Shown: in pieces, positions 24,960 through 36,100 of the stretch | How positions within the stretch are numbered: the first letter of the stretch is position 1 | How the letters are laid out: each line of letters opens with the position of its first letter | Virus record (IMG/VR): IMGVR_UViG_3300045141_000199 | Span: 1-64,000 of that record | Origin: a virus | DNA: 64,000 nt | Strand: one strand, 5' to 3' | Program-made: the position numbers and the translations under genes | Notes under the pieces: generated by a model | What the model was told of the DNA's origin: nothing | Seen by the model: the letters and a program-made list of their open reading frames with translations, nothing else | Database searches by the model: none

Positions 24960-25648
24960 TGATACTTGAACAGCGCGGAACTACAACTACAGTCAGCGCT
25001 CTGAAAAAAACCTCTCTCACCGTGACCCCGCCTACCGGACTTGCAATAGGTGATCTTGTTTTTTATTTCATCACTTTCGCAGAAGTGCCGGCGGAAACCG
25101 AACCCGGCACCGTAATAACCATGATCGGTGGGGAAAGCTGGTCCCACACAGCTAAAGTCGAAATCACTACGGCTAAATTTCGCAAGAACAGTTGGGTTTA
25201 TTGGGGGGAACCAACCTTCAATGTCGAAGCACCAACCGTACCTATTCTTCCTAATGTTGAAACCAATAAAGAATCCCAAATGTATACGTCGTGCGTGGCG
25301 TTCAAGAAGGGCAGCTTCAATAAGACACACCCGGTACACCAGGAATCCGCTTCATGGTGGGTGTCCGAAACCGCCGGCACTACCACAACTATTCCAGGGA
25401 TTACTACGAATCAGCCAGGGTGTGAACTATTTGCTTATGTTCAGGGGGCTATTGGTTCCACTCCTTTTGCTGTTACGGGTGGATGGGAAGAACCAGCATC
25501 GAAAGACTCAATTTTTGTATTATTTAAGAAGCGGCAGGGTGCAGCAGGGGCAACAGAAGGAATGCAGCACAAAAAGGCGTCGGGTAAACTTACAGACGGT
25601 TATATGATTGCTGTAAATCCCCCCGACGAGTTTGTTTCAATGGTATAG
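24959..25648 (+). CDS. putative virion beta-sandwich protein
   Basis: TAATG-coupled to the fibre gene; PTGLAIGDLV motif. Confidence 0.55.
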   Translation: MILEQRGTTTTVSALKKTSLTVTPPTGLAIGDLVFYFITFAEVPAETEPGTVITMIGGESWSHTAKVEITTAKFRKNSWVYWGEPTFNVEAPTVPILPNVETNKESQMYTSCVAFKKGSFNKTHPVHQESASWWVSETAGTTTTIPGITTNQPGCELFAYVQGAIGSTPFAVTGGWEEPASKDSIFVLFKKRQGAAGATEGMQHKKASGKLTDGYMIAVNPPDEFVSMV

Positions 25649-25655
25649 TGTCACT

Positions 25656-26609
25656 GTGTATATCTACGCTACTCCCAACGAAGAAGTCGAGTCCTACATT
25701 GAAGGCGCTCCTTCTGGCCTAACTGGAACTGTCGGTTATCAGGTAATCAATCTTGAAACCGACGTAGCTATTGCTGCTAGGACTACTGCTGGCGTCGTAG
25801 AGATTCCGGCTGGGTCGGGCGCGTACTACGTAAAAGTCCTAGCTCCAAACAAACCGGGTAGCTATGCCGTAGTTTGGGACACTGGAGAAATCTCACCGGA
25901 AACGTCTGCGACGGACGTGCTGGTTGTCAACTCGACTGGTGTGGTGCCGCCGACTGTATCTGGCACTGGCAATCTAATCAGCCTTGAACAGCTTAGGATC
26001 GCCCATGGCATCCCAGCATCCACGATCGATCCCGAGCTAGATGCCAAATACGAACAGGCAATACGAGGCGCGAGCGCGGCAATCCGAAGCTACACCGATC
26101 GTTCATTTGGTGTACCAACCAAAACTTCCACCAAGCTCTTCGAATATGACTCATCCGGCTTCATCGATATCGATGACGCTATGGAAGTCAAAACCGTAGC
26201 CTTCCGTTTTGGGGCACTTACGCTACCCTTAGACGAATTCTACTGGCGTCCCGAGCCCCAGGATGGCCCGCCATATGAGTACATGACAATCCCGCATTGG
26301 GCCGGCATCTACTCGCCGCAAATGGGGTTCCGTTACAACCTCGATGTGATATCTAGAGAACGTGGCTGGCCTGGACTGATCCCGCTAATCGCAATCGAAG
26401 CGGTTTGGGGATGGCCGGAAATCCCTGCCGACGTAGAAGAGGCTGCCATCCTAACTGCGGCCGCTTTTGCTCAAAAGCCAGACGCTTTCGTTGGTGAGTC
26501 GATCGAGAACTACTCTTACACGATGGGTACACGTTCGAGCCTGAAATCTGAGGCGATCCCCGACCGAGCCCGCGATCTGTTGAACACGTTCGTAAGGTTC
26601 CAAATCTAA
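25656..26609 (+). CDS. head-tail connector protein
   Basis: ASAAIRSYTDRSF...WGWPEIPADVEEAA...ESIENYSY; GTG start 6 nt after TGg-TATAGT. Confidence 0.8.
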   Translation: MYIYATPNEEVESYIEGAPSGLTGTVGYQVINLETDVAIAARTTAGVVEIPAGSGAYYVKVLAPNKPGSYAVVWDTGEISPETSATDVLVVNSTGVVPPTVSGTGNLISLEQLRIAHGIPASTIDPELDAKYEQAIRGASAAIRSYTDRSFGVPTKTSTKLFEYDSSGFIDIDDAMEVKTVAFRFGALTLPLDEFYWRPEPQDGPPYEYMTIPHWAGIYSPQMGFRYNLDVISRERGWPGLIPLIAIEAVWGWPEIPADVEEAAILTAAAFAQKPDAFVGESIENYSYTMGTRSSLKSEAIPDRARDLLNTFVRFQI

Positions 26610-27052
26610 TGAATGAGGGCAACGTAATCACGAAAATTACCACGCGCGACGAGTTCGGTCGCTTCACGGCGATGTGTAGTCATGCCGGCGAGGAGATGCT
26701 GAAGGAAATGGCCCATGATGGGGCCGAGCTATCGCGTGAGCTAGCACCAGTAAGCGGTAAGCCTGATCCACGTTCGGTAAGCGTGAAAGACGGCATTCGC
26801 TATTACGTTACTCACGACACGGCTAGCTGGACTAGCATAGCTCGCCATGCGATGGCTGTCGAGAAAGGCTCAAAAAGGCATCCACAGAGTGGTAATGTGG
26901 GCTTCTTTTGGGAGAAGGAAGGCCGCCGTTGGGGGCCAGGCGATAACATCATCGACCACCCTGCTACCGAGGCTAAACCGTATCTACGGCCGGCGTGGGA
27001 GATTATCATGGATCGTTGGGATGAGTATGCTCGGCGTCATTTCGGGGGCTAA
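26609..27052 (+). CDS. HK97 gp10-like neck/tail completion protein
   Basis: APV...VEKGS...HPATEAKPYLRPA. Confidence 0.75.
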   Translation: MNEGNVITKITTRDEFGRFTAMCSHAGEEMLKEMAHDGAELSRELAPVSGKPDPRSVSVKDGIRYYVTHDTASWTSIARHAMAVEKGSKRHPQSGNVGFFWEKEGRRWGPGDNIIDHPATEAKPYLRPAWEIIMDRWDEYARRHFGG

Positions 27053-27508
27053 ATGACTGTTACAGCCCCCGAGACAGAAGCACGTCAGGCGCTAATTACG
27101 GCCGTCAAAGACGAGTTCACGCCCGAGAAACTGCCGGTGCTAGATGATCGTTTGCATGGTTCGCTGGGAGAACAGGAACCTGTAGCCGGTTGTTTCCCCG
27201 ATCATTCGACAGCGACGCGCGATCAAAAGCTAGTCAACGAGTATTTCATAACGGTTCAAGTCTTCTCTAGATGGGAGAAGATGGCAGACCGTGCTCAGAC
27301 CGTTTCGCCCGCACTTATCGAGGAATGGGCCGAGCGTTTTCGTCGCTGCATACAGAAAGAAGGCGTTGATCCTCAAACCGGGCGTGTCTGGTACTTCGAC
27401 CTTGAGATAATTCGTTATCGCCCTGATCCTACGGGCAATATTACGAGATTTGAAGCTACAGTTATCGCTCGGGGCAACAATAGTGCCTTAATTGAGACGA
27501 TAGGCTAA
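27053..27508 (+). CDS. putative tail terminator protein
   Basis: Position and size between neck and tail tube genes. Confidence 0.55.
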   Translation: MTVTAPETEARQALITAVKDEFTPEKLPVLDDRLHGSLGEQEPVAGCFPDHSTATRDQKLVNEYFITVQVFSRWEKMADRAQTVSPALIEEWAERFRRCIQKEGVDPQTGRVWYFDLEIIRYRPDPTGNITRFEATVIARGNNSALIETIG

Positions 27509-27541
27509 CTTTCTGTCGAGCCGCCGTCTAAAGTATATGGC

Positions 27542-28078
27542 ATGGCGAAGATTACTAAGTCTGCACATGCCCCTTCAGGCGACCTATTAGTTACAACGGC
27601 AGCGGGCGATTTCACAGTTTCAGATGGCGGTAGCTACGAAACTACCGATAAGGCTATTCTAGACAACGTTGGAGGCAATAACTTCCTCGTTGTCGAACTT
27701 GATAAAGCTGAAACTGCGCCAGCGGAAGAACTCAAAGGCGATCAGAATGACCCGCATGTAAACCCATCGGCTGACCACCTTAGCTCTCTAGCTTCACCTG
27801 AGGCCGTAGCGGCCGCAGACGCTAACGAGAAAGCCATTAGGGACACGGTTTCCCCGGAAATTGAGGTTACACCAAACCCTACGGTAGCTGAAATTCAGGA
27901 AAGCTTCTTTGACAATGTGGGGATCAACGCCGATCCCGTAGCTCCAACAGAGAATGCTCCAGTTGAAGAAGCCCCTAAAGCCGAAGAACCACCAGTAGAA
28001 GAAGCCCCTAAAGCCGAAGAACCACCAGTAGAACCAGCGCCGGTAGTCCCGGCTGAACCTTCAGGAGAAGAACACTAA
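27542..28078 (+). CDS. acidic Pro/Glu-rich hypothetical protein
   Basis: ORF with 33-bp tandem duplication near its 3' end. Confidence 0.65.
   Translation: MAKITKSAHAPSGDLLVTTAAGDFTVSDGGSYETTDKAILDNVGGNNFLVVELDKAETAPAEELKGDQNDPHVNPSADHLSSLASPEAVAAADANEKAIRDTVSPEIEVTPNPTVAEIQESFFDNVGINADPVAPTENAPVEEAPKAEEPPVEEAPKAEEPPVEPAPVVPAEPSGEEH
27965..28030 (+). repeat. perfect 33-bp tandem duplication (EEAPKAEEPPV x2)
   Basis: gaagaagcccctaaagccgaagaaccaccagta twice. Confidence 0.9.
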
Positions 28079-29077
28079 ATGGCCGGAAAGCGCGGAAATA
28101 CAGGTTGGATCATGTTCGGCCGCCAGTCGGCTAAGGGCACCCCCGCAACCCTCTCATTGATTGCGGAAGAAGAAAAACAGCCAGTTATTCGCTCGCCTTT
28201 CGCGGGCGGATCAATTGACCCTAGCCGTGAGTTCGGAGAGCTTGCGGAGACAGACTCCAACCGCGATAAAGGCCAGTCATACGTGAAAACAGGCGGCGTG
28301 GCTGGATCGCCTGAGATTTACGTGCGTGACGCGAGCATTGGAGCGCTCCTCTACTTCACCCTAGGTACCGACACCGTTTCAGGTACAGCCGGCAAACGAG
28401 TTCATACGGTCACGCCAGCTAACAACATTCCTTACGTTACATTTTGGGATAACGTAGCCGACACTCTTTTCGAGCGTCACGTTGATTGCTTCATCGACTC
28501 TCTAAACATCAAAGCTACGGCTGGCTCACCTTTGACGGCAACGGCCGCGATCAAAGGTCTGACAACCACCCGCTCTGAAACAGACTTCAACGCTACAGCG
28601 AAAGTACCGCTTCAGGCCGGCTACGTTTATAACTACAACGATGCAACGGTCGAATTATCTGGTGGTGCTACAGCACTCATCGGAAGTTTCGAGATCGTAA
28701 TCGAGAACAGCGTTACAGCGCAGCAGACTGACGATGTTCAGCCGATTGATGTTGTGGCTGGTAAACGAGCAGTTAGCCTGACGTTCGATATCATCTTCGA
28801 AACCCTAGCTGAGTACAACAAGTTCCACTATGGTGAAGCGGCCGGAACTACGATTTCTAACGCTCTTTACACCACATCGGCTAACTTCTCATTCTCACAT
28901 GGCGCTGATAACGGAGTCTCATTCGCACTGCCAAGCATTGCTTACGAGACATTCCCAATCACCCCCGACCCAGGCGGCGCACCGATCGTATCTAGCGTTC
29001 GTGCTGTTGCTCAGCGTCCGGCCGAAGGCTCGAATGTTCTGACTTCGGTAGTAAAAAATCAAGTAGAAAAATACTAA
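28079..29077 (+). CDS. major tail tube protein
   Basis: 332 aa, beta-rich, upstream of chaperone and tape measure genes. Confidence 0.82.
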   Translation: MAGKRGNTGWIMFGRQSAKGTPATLSLIAEEEKQPVIRSPFAGGSIDPSREFGELAETDSNRDKGQSYVKTGGVAGSPEIYVRDASIGALLYFTLGTDTVSGTAGKRVHTVTPANNIPYVTFWDNVADTLFERHVDCFIDSLNIKATAGSPLTATAAIKGLTTTRSETDFNATAKVPLQAGYVYNYNDATVELSGGATALIGSFEIVIENSVTAQQTDDVQPIDVVAGKRAVSLTFDIIFETLAEYNKFHYGEAAGTTISNALYTTSANFSFSHGADNGVSFALPSIAYETFPITPDPGGAPIVSSVRAVAQRPAEGSNVLTSVVKNQVEKY

Positions 29078-29107
29078 GACAGTTGTCTACAAAAAGGAAA
29101 TTCTTTA

Positions 29108-29299
29108 ATGGCTAAGACTTCATACCAGACAAGCCCAGGCGCGATTCGTTCGCCCTCATTCAAAGCTAACCCGCTATCACCGCTAACTGTAGTGAGCCAG
29201 GGGAAGGTTTCTAAGCCTGTCCCTGTTCCAATCGGTAAGTACGGCCCTAAAGCCGTTCCGGGCACTGTAAAGGCCCCGGGCGCCAGCGGTACTATCTAA
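29108..29299 (+). CDS. small hypothetical protein
   Basis: AAGGA SD; followed by terminator at about 29320-29356. Confidence 0.5.
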   Translation: MAKTSYQTSPGAIRSPSFKANPLSPLTVVSQGKVSKPVPVPIGKYGPKAVPGTVKAPGASGTI

Positions 29300-29388
29300 A
29301 CCACTCCCTAATCGACCCTTAGAAGCCTGCTAGGCCCCCCTAGCGGGCTTCTTTTATTTATGACGAGGGTTTCACTAGGATTAATTGA

Positions 29389-29562
29389 ATGGAACCTGAC
29401 CACGGCCTACAGGCGCAGGTCGATTTAGCGCTAGCAAACAGCAAGCGGGTCGCCCGCGAGGCGCGTATAGTAGTGAAAGACCTCGCGAGAATTCGCGACA
29501 CAATCAACGAGCTACAGTCCAAGGAGGACATAAGCGATGACAGCACAGAACGACACAGCTAA
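29389..29562 (+). CDS. small coiled-coil hypothetical protein
   Basis: Hand-translated 57-aa ORF, TAGGAT 7 nt before ATG. Confidence 0.4.
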   Translation: MEPDHGLQAQVDLALANSKRVAREARIVVKDLARIRDTINELQSKEDISDDSTERHS

Positions 29563-29995
29563 CAGTAAGGTCGCCTCCCTAGCGAAGTGGAAGGCCGCGA
29601 AGACCCACACGATTACATTACCGTCAAACACGGTAGTCGAGATCGAGATTCCCGATTTGCCTAACTTAGTGAAGACGGGAACGATTCCTAACGAGCTGAT
29701 CGATGTAGCGATCGGCGTTGCTCAGGGTAAGCAGATTACCAAGCAGGATATCGAGCAGCAGGCCGATTTCTATAACAAGCTATGTGCTATTACGGTGAAG
29801 GCGCCGGCCGTCTCAGAGGAGGATTTCGCCGCGGGCGCTATTCCGTTTGAGGATAAGGAGATGATCGTAGAGATTGCTACACGCCAACGCGATCTCGATG
29901 CGGTCGGACACCACTTAGCAGGACTGGAGAAAGTGAAGGATTGGCGCACCTTTCGTGGCCTCTCCCTCGGCTACCCGGATGATGAGAGTTTGTAA
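29537..29995 (+). CDS. tail assembly chaperone (G-like)
   Basis: AAGGAGG SD; position before the tape measure gene. Confidence 0.7.
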   Translation: MTAQNDTANSKVASLAKWKAAKTHTITLPSNTVVEIEIPDLPNLVKTGTIPNELIDVAIGVAQGKQITKQDIEQQADFYNKLCAITVKAPAVSEEDFAAGAIPFEDKEMIVEIATRQRDLDAVGHHLAGLEKVKDWRTFRGLSLGYPDDESL

Positions 29996-30167
29996 GGAGT
30001 CCAAAAGACCATTTCCTCAGATGTCGGATGACGATGTAATCGATTATCTGATAACTGAGGCGGTAACCTTCAAGATGCTCAAAGAGCAACAGGAAGCCGA
30101 AAAGAAAGCAGAAGTTGACGAGTGGAAGCATGATATGGGTAGTTTAAGAGAGCGACTAGGACAGTAA
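29955..30167 (+). CDS. tail assembly chaperone extension (T-like), overlapping +1 frame
   Basis: Overlaps the G-like gene and abuts the tape measure start. Confidence 0.6.
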   Translation: MASPSATRMMRVCKESKRPFPQMSDDDVIDYLITEAVTFKMLKEQQEAEKKAEVDEWKHDMGSLRERLGQ

Positions 30168-33100
30168 ATGCCAGAGAGGTTAGCGACCGGCGAGGTAGTA
30201 ATCAACCTCAGAGATGAGGCGTTGATTGCTGGCCTCGACCGGGCGCAAGCCAAGTACCACGCCACGATGGCGGCCCTTGATCGCGAGGAGGCGAAGATCA
30301 GGGTCGATCTCGATAGCAAAGGCTTCGATGATGGAATCAAGAAGCTGCGCGCTGAAAAGAAGGCTATTGAGAGTGAACTCCTAAGCATCCACCCCGACCA
30401 GTCAGACTCCAAGAAAATATCGGCGTTGATGAAGGAAGACCTTCGGACGCTAGAGGCGGAGCTGAAAAACCTTGAGTCACAAAAGTTACAGAACGATCGC
30501 ATTATTGGCGCTCGACGCGAATTGTTACAGATCGATGCCTTTCAGGCTAACCAGTCACAAAAGCGCTTCGAAACTGATAACAAGCTCCTAACCGATCGGC
30601 TACGGCTAGAAAAGCAGCAGGCCGCGCAGCGCGCGAATGAACAACGCGAACTGTACCAACTAAAACTGCCGGGTGAACGCGCCGAGGAGGAGCGCCGCCG
30701 CCGCGAGGTAACGTCTGACCGTGACCACGCGGCCGCCCTACGCGAGGCGGCCAGGCTCCGCGATCAGTTTGCTAAAAAGACTGACGAGATCGAGAAACGC
30801 GAACGCACGAAAACAGGCTTTATAGATTTCCTAAGCCGTGAGGAGAAAGTCAAAGTCGATCTTGATACTGGCGCTGCCCGCGCTGATCTAAAGCTACTCG
30901 AAGAGGAGATGAAGCTAAAAGGCATCGATATCCCTGCACACATCAAGGTCGATGAACGTGACATCAAAGACTTCTTCCTGAACCTGCCTAACAAGCTGAA
31001 AGCAGCCACAGGCTCGGGCTTCCGGGTACCGCTGCCATTCACTAGCTTACGAGCGCCCGCAGGAGCCCTAGCCGCGGCCGCACCATTGCTAGCGTCCGTA
31101 GCTGGTGGGATTACGAGTCTCGCTGGGGTTACTGGTGCTGGTGCCCTTGGCGCAGGCGCGGTAGGTGGTGGCGTGCTAGGAGGGCTCGTAGGTAACTTTG
31201 CAGGAATAGCGGCCGCAATTGTTCCAGTCAAGAAAGAAATGGAACAGCTTACGAAATCGACTGAAAAGTACGAAAAAGCTGTCAAGGAATACGGGAAGGG
31301 CTCAAAACAGGCTGTCATTGCGCAGGCTGAGCTAAACGAAGTTCTTCGCCATACTCCTAAATTACTGGTTGAAGGTCAACGCCAGTGGGAGGAAGTAAGC
31401 GACAAATTTATCAAAGACACAAGCGGTATACGTGACGCACTCGGGCGAGTAATCTCTGATGCAGCCAAAGCCGGCAAGGAGCTTGAGCCAATCGCGGCCA
31501 AGAACTCAACGGCGACTGCGAATATCCTCGCCGCCGGCTTTGGTCGATTCAGCCGTAACCTCAGCTCTCCTAAGGAAGCTGAAGGTCTAGATCAGCTAGG
31601 CAAATCTGCCAACGACTTCCTAAAGCCAGCACTAGAAGGCGTTGAAGGGTTTACTAAAGCACTGCTTCACATCGGAGAGTCGGCCGCCAGGCTGTTTGGT
31701 GGCCCGCTAGGCAAATGGATACAAGACCTTGGCCAAGATTTCGAAAAAGCCACGAAGCCGGGCAATAAACTTGATGAAAAAATCAGAATTCTCGGTAAAG
31801 ACGCTCAGGATGTAGGCAAGTTCTTCATCGCGTTTGGCAAAGTCATTACGACCGCGCTTGGCCTAGCAGCCCCTCAGGGAGACAAGCTAGCCAACACCAT
31901 GACCGGCGCGCTTACACGCTGGGATAGCAAGCTCAAAGACGATCAAGGGCGCAAAGGCTTCCAGACATTTATCCGCGAGTCAGATGAAGCACTTGAAAAA
32001 TTAGGCCCCGTCCTTGAGGCCGTGCTGAAGCTGTTTGGCTCATGGGCTATTGGACTGTTGCCGGCCGTCAAGACCGTAACTGAATTCTTCAAAGGCGTTA
32101 CAGACGTAGTAAACGGGCTCGGCAAACTGCTCGGACTACAATCAGGCGTTCAGTCTCTAGGTGTGCTGATCGGGGTGCTATTCGCCGCTAACAAGGCTTT
32201 AGCATTCGCGGCCGCATTGAGCAAGGTATACGCGATTATGAAGGGCATGGCTGCTCTTGGCGCGGCAGGCGATCTTACGGGCGCGCTGCAATTGCCGCTC
32301 GCTACCCGAGCCGGTGGCGCGGCCGCTAAAAAAGCTGAGGAAGACGCTGCTAAAGCTGTCGAGCAGAAAGGCGGCGGCAGTCTCCTAGCGAAGCTACTTG
32401 CCGGCGGCGCGGGCGCGGCTGGCGGAGGGATCGGAATCCGCGGCATCCTAGCGGCGCTTGGTAGCAGCGGCGCAGTCGTCGGTGGCGGTCTAGCACTAGG
32501 AGCGCTCGGGCTCCAACAGGTTACACATCTTGGCCCTAAAGGCATAGAGTTCGGCGCCGATACCGGCGGCTCTCCTCCTAGACATGCTGGGGAAGAACTT
32601 CACAAATTCCACGAAGCGTCGAAGTTGGCAGCTCAGGGTACCGGCGAACTCACCGGGCAGGTTCTCCAGTCTAACCTTACCTTCCACCAGGCCGAGCTAA
32701 GCGTCTCACGCGCCCGCGAAGCAATACACCTAGCTAAGCCAGGAACGGTTGAATACAAGGAAGCGATCCTTGCTTACAAGTCGGCCGTGTTACAGGCTAA
32801 CGAAGCCGAGCGCCAGCGCGCGACGATTATTAGGGAAATCAAGGCCGATAGTTCCGCTGGGGTTTCCGCAGTAAGAGCCCGTAAGAAGGTATTAGAAGAA
32901 TCGATCGCTGCGTCTAAGAACGCCTTTGCTGATCCTGAAAAGGAAGACCCGACATTCAACAAACGAGAAAAGGAACGCGCCGAAGCTGCTAAAGAACTTG
33001 TTGAATTGCTCAACAAGCAGGAAGTGGCGATCCTGAACATCAAGCGGGCCTACAAAAACCTTGAACCAATTACCGAACCTGAAGGAGTCAATGCGCTAGG

Positions 33101-36100
33101 TAGCTTGGCTCGTAAGCCTGGTGGTCAGCCTCTTGCGCAGAAAATCGCTCTTCAATTTCCTAACCCGGTCGATGCTGTCAAGGTTGCAAAAGGTGCGTTA
33201 GACGCCATCAATAGAGGCACGCCGATGAAGGTCGTGGTCAAGGCGGTTGGTGACACCAAGTCAGCCCACGATGCCCTGGCACAACTAGCGAGCGCAGCAA
33301 AAACAAACACAGATAAGATTAATGATGTAGTACGTAATGCTCTGAAACTCACCAAAAAGCTGTTCCACGATGGAGCGGGCAACGCAGTAAGTGCGTTCAT
33401 GGGAGGCTTCCAGGGCTTTGTAGGAGGCTACAAAGGTATCTGGACAGGCATGGAAAATGTCACCAGAACTGCATTGAAGAACATCAATAAGGTTCTACTT
33501 CAAGAACTGAAGGTGCTCAATGGTGGTAAGGTTCCTACGCTCGCTGAAGGTGGCCCTCCTCTTGCTCCAGGAGTCGAGAAACAGCTTCAGAGTGAAAAGG
33601 GCCATGCAGCCAAAGGCTTGATTCAGTACGGACGTGCAGGAGATAAAGGCGGCGACAATATTGCTACTCGAATGGTCGTTGGTTCGGGCGAGGTTGGCGC
33701 TGTATTTACCGGGCACCAGCAGAAGGTAGCTAACGAGTATCTAGCTCCTATCGGCGGACTGTCCGGGCTGTTCAAAAACGTCAACAAGCCGCACTACCAG
33801 ATGGCGTCCGGCGGCCTGATCCACGCTGCTACCGGATATTCAGAATCCTACGGCGGCCGTAAATTCAGTAAACCAGAGCTAGAACGCCTATGGGATCGAG
33901 CCGGCGGTAATCCTGGACAAGCACATCTTATGGCCGCGATTGCTCTAGCCGAGAGCAAAGGCTACTCAGGCGCTTCTAACACTGCGGGCGCGCATGGACT
34001 GTGGCAGATCAAAGGCAACCCATTCCCAGGCAATGAGTTCGACCCCTTAACCAATGCGCGTATGGCTGTAAGCAAGCTCAAGAGCCAAGGGCTAGGAGCA
34101 TGGGAAGTTTATACCAACGGCTCGTATAGACAGTATCTCGATAGCAAGTCCGCCGCAGCAGTAGGGGCGGCTGCCGGTGGCCCAGGCGGAGCTGGACATC
34201 CATTCAAACCAATTCCTAAGCAGAAGATTCCGCTTCATGGTCTAGTGGGGGCGGTTGTTACGGCCGGCGTTGAAAGAGTACGTAAGGCTGCAAACAAGAC
34301 GCTAAAGAAATTTGCCAATTCGCTTGGCGGGGAAGGCCCAGGTGGGCTGTTTAGCGGGCCTACACCAGCCGGCACAAGCATCCCTAACACAGCTTGGAAC
34401 CCTAGTCACAAGCCGATTGCTAACTGGATCGTGCCGATCCTGCGTTGGGCGGCCGCGCACGGTTGGCGAGGATCGGTTTCCAGCGGTTACCGTAGTTTCG
34501 CAGAACAAGCGCAGATTAACGCCGAAGGTAAGTTCTCGGCGGCCGCAGGATCGTCTAACCATGAGTTTGCTAACTACCCCGGTGGCGCCGTCGATGTCTC
34601 CGATGACTATGGTCTAGAACGGGTACTGAGCCGTTACCCTCGTTCGCCTAAGCTAATCGGTCATAAGCTAGGTGCTATCGATCCTGAGCACTTTAGCGCC
34701 ACGGGTAAAGCCCGAGGCGGACTTGTCAAGCGTCCGGCCTTACTGGTCGGAGAGCATGAGCATGAGTGGGTAATCAATCCTCATCGCGCAGATAACCACG
34801 CGTATCTCAAAGAAGCCGGCGAAGAAATGGGCTATCACGTTACGCCGGCTAAGAAGGGTAAGCCAAGCTTCTCCAAGACCTTCAAAGCCAAAGGCAAAAT
34901 TCCTGATACAAGCTGGGCTAACCTGCGAGCTATCCCGGCCGAGTTGATTAAAAAGCCCCTTGAAGAAGTCGAAGCTAACCTCAAGGCCGAGAAGGCGGCC
35001 TATCACAAACTAGAGGTTAAACGCGATAAGGCAATCGACGCTCTAAAGGACAGCAAAGACTCGGCCGCAAGATCACTAGCCAAGACACTAGCCAGCGGCA
35101 ATGAAACCGTGCAGCACGCGAGGAGCCGTGCCGGCAAAGCGGAATCTAAAGCTACCGAATACTACGTTGCACCAGGCATGCCTAACCCAGCGAAAAAAAC
35201 TGCCGAAGGCGCGGCTGAAGGTGTAAGCAGTGCAGAGCGAGCCCGTGATCGTAAAGTGCGCCAGGCAGAGGCGTCAGCTAAGGGCAAAATCGGCAAGGCT
35301 GAAAAGAAACTGAAGGAGATCGAGAAGGGACTTAAAGTCACCAAAGACGGTGGAGTGTTCGAACACACTCAGTACATTCCTTGGCGCGTTCTTGAACGCC
35401 AGCAGCACAAGGGTCGCGAAGCTGTAGCTGCCTTGGAAGCTAAAGAAGCTCAAGTTACTAATCTCAACAAAACGATCGGCTCAGAGACTCACTTGCTGAA
35501 TATCCTTCAGGGCCGCTATGGACACAAGGGCTCAGACAAGAAAGCGATCGAAGGCGAATGGAACAAGACGTTCGGCGTCCGCCAAGGCAACATCGAAGAA
35601 CTGAAGAAAATCATCAAAGACTCCGAAGGCAAGGCGAAGTCATTTGAGAAACTTCACCCATCCGCGGCCATCCACGCCTTCCTTGAAGGAGTAGCGGGCG
35701 AACTCGAAGGCATTGAAGATAAAGAATCTGAAGCAGAGGGCCAACAGGAAGTATTTAGCGAAGCCTCTAAAACAAAAACCGAAGCTCCGACTGGTGAACA
35801 ATTTGCTGAATCGCAGGGCATGCTCGCCAGCATCAAGGAAGCAGAAGAGCGCTACGCGCTATCGCAGGCCGCCGCTCGACCAGACGACCCCAACACTCCT
35901 CAGAACGAGGAACTGCCGTACCTGAAGAAAGAGCTGGTGCCGGCCTCAGACATCAAGGGTCTATGGGAAGGCGCGCTCGAACAGGCTCAGCGCCTACAGG
36001 AGCCTGTAAGCACGATTACTGAACTTGCGAACACCGTAACAGGCGCTCGCAGCACAGTCTTTGGTCTAGAACAGACGATCCAAGGCGCTGAAAAAGATGT

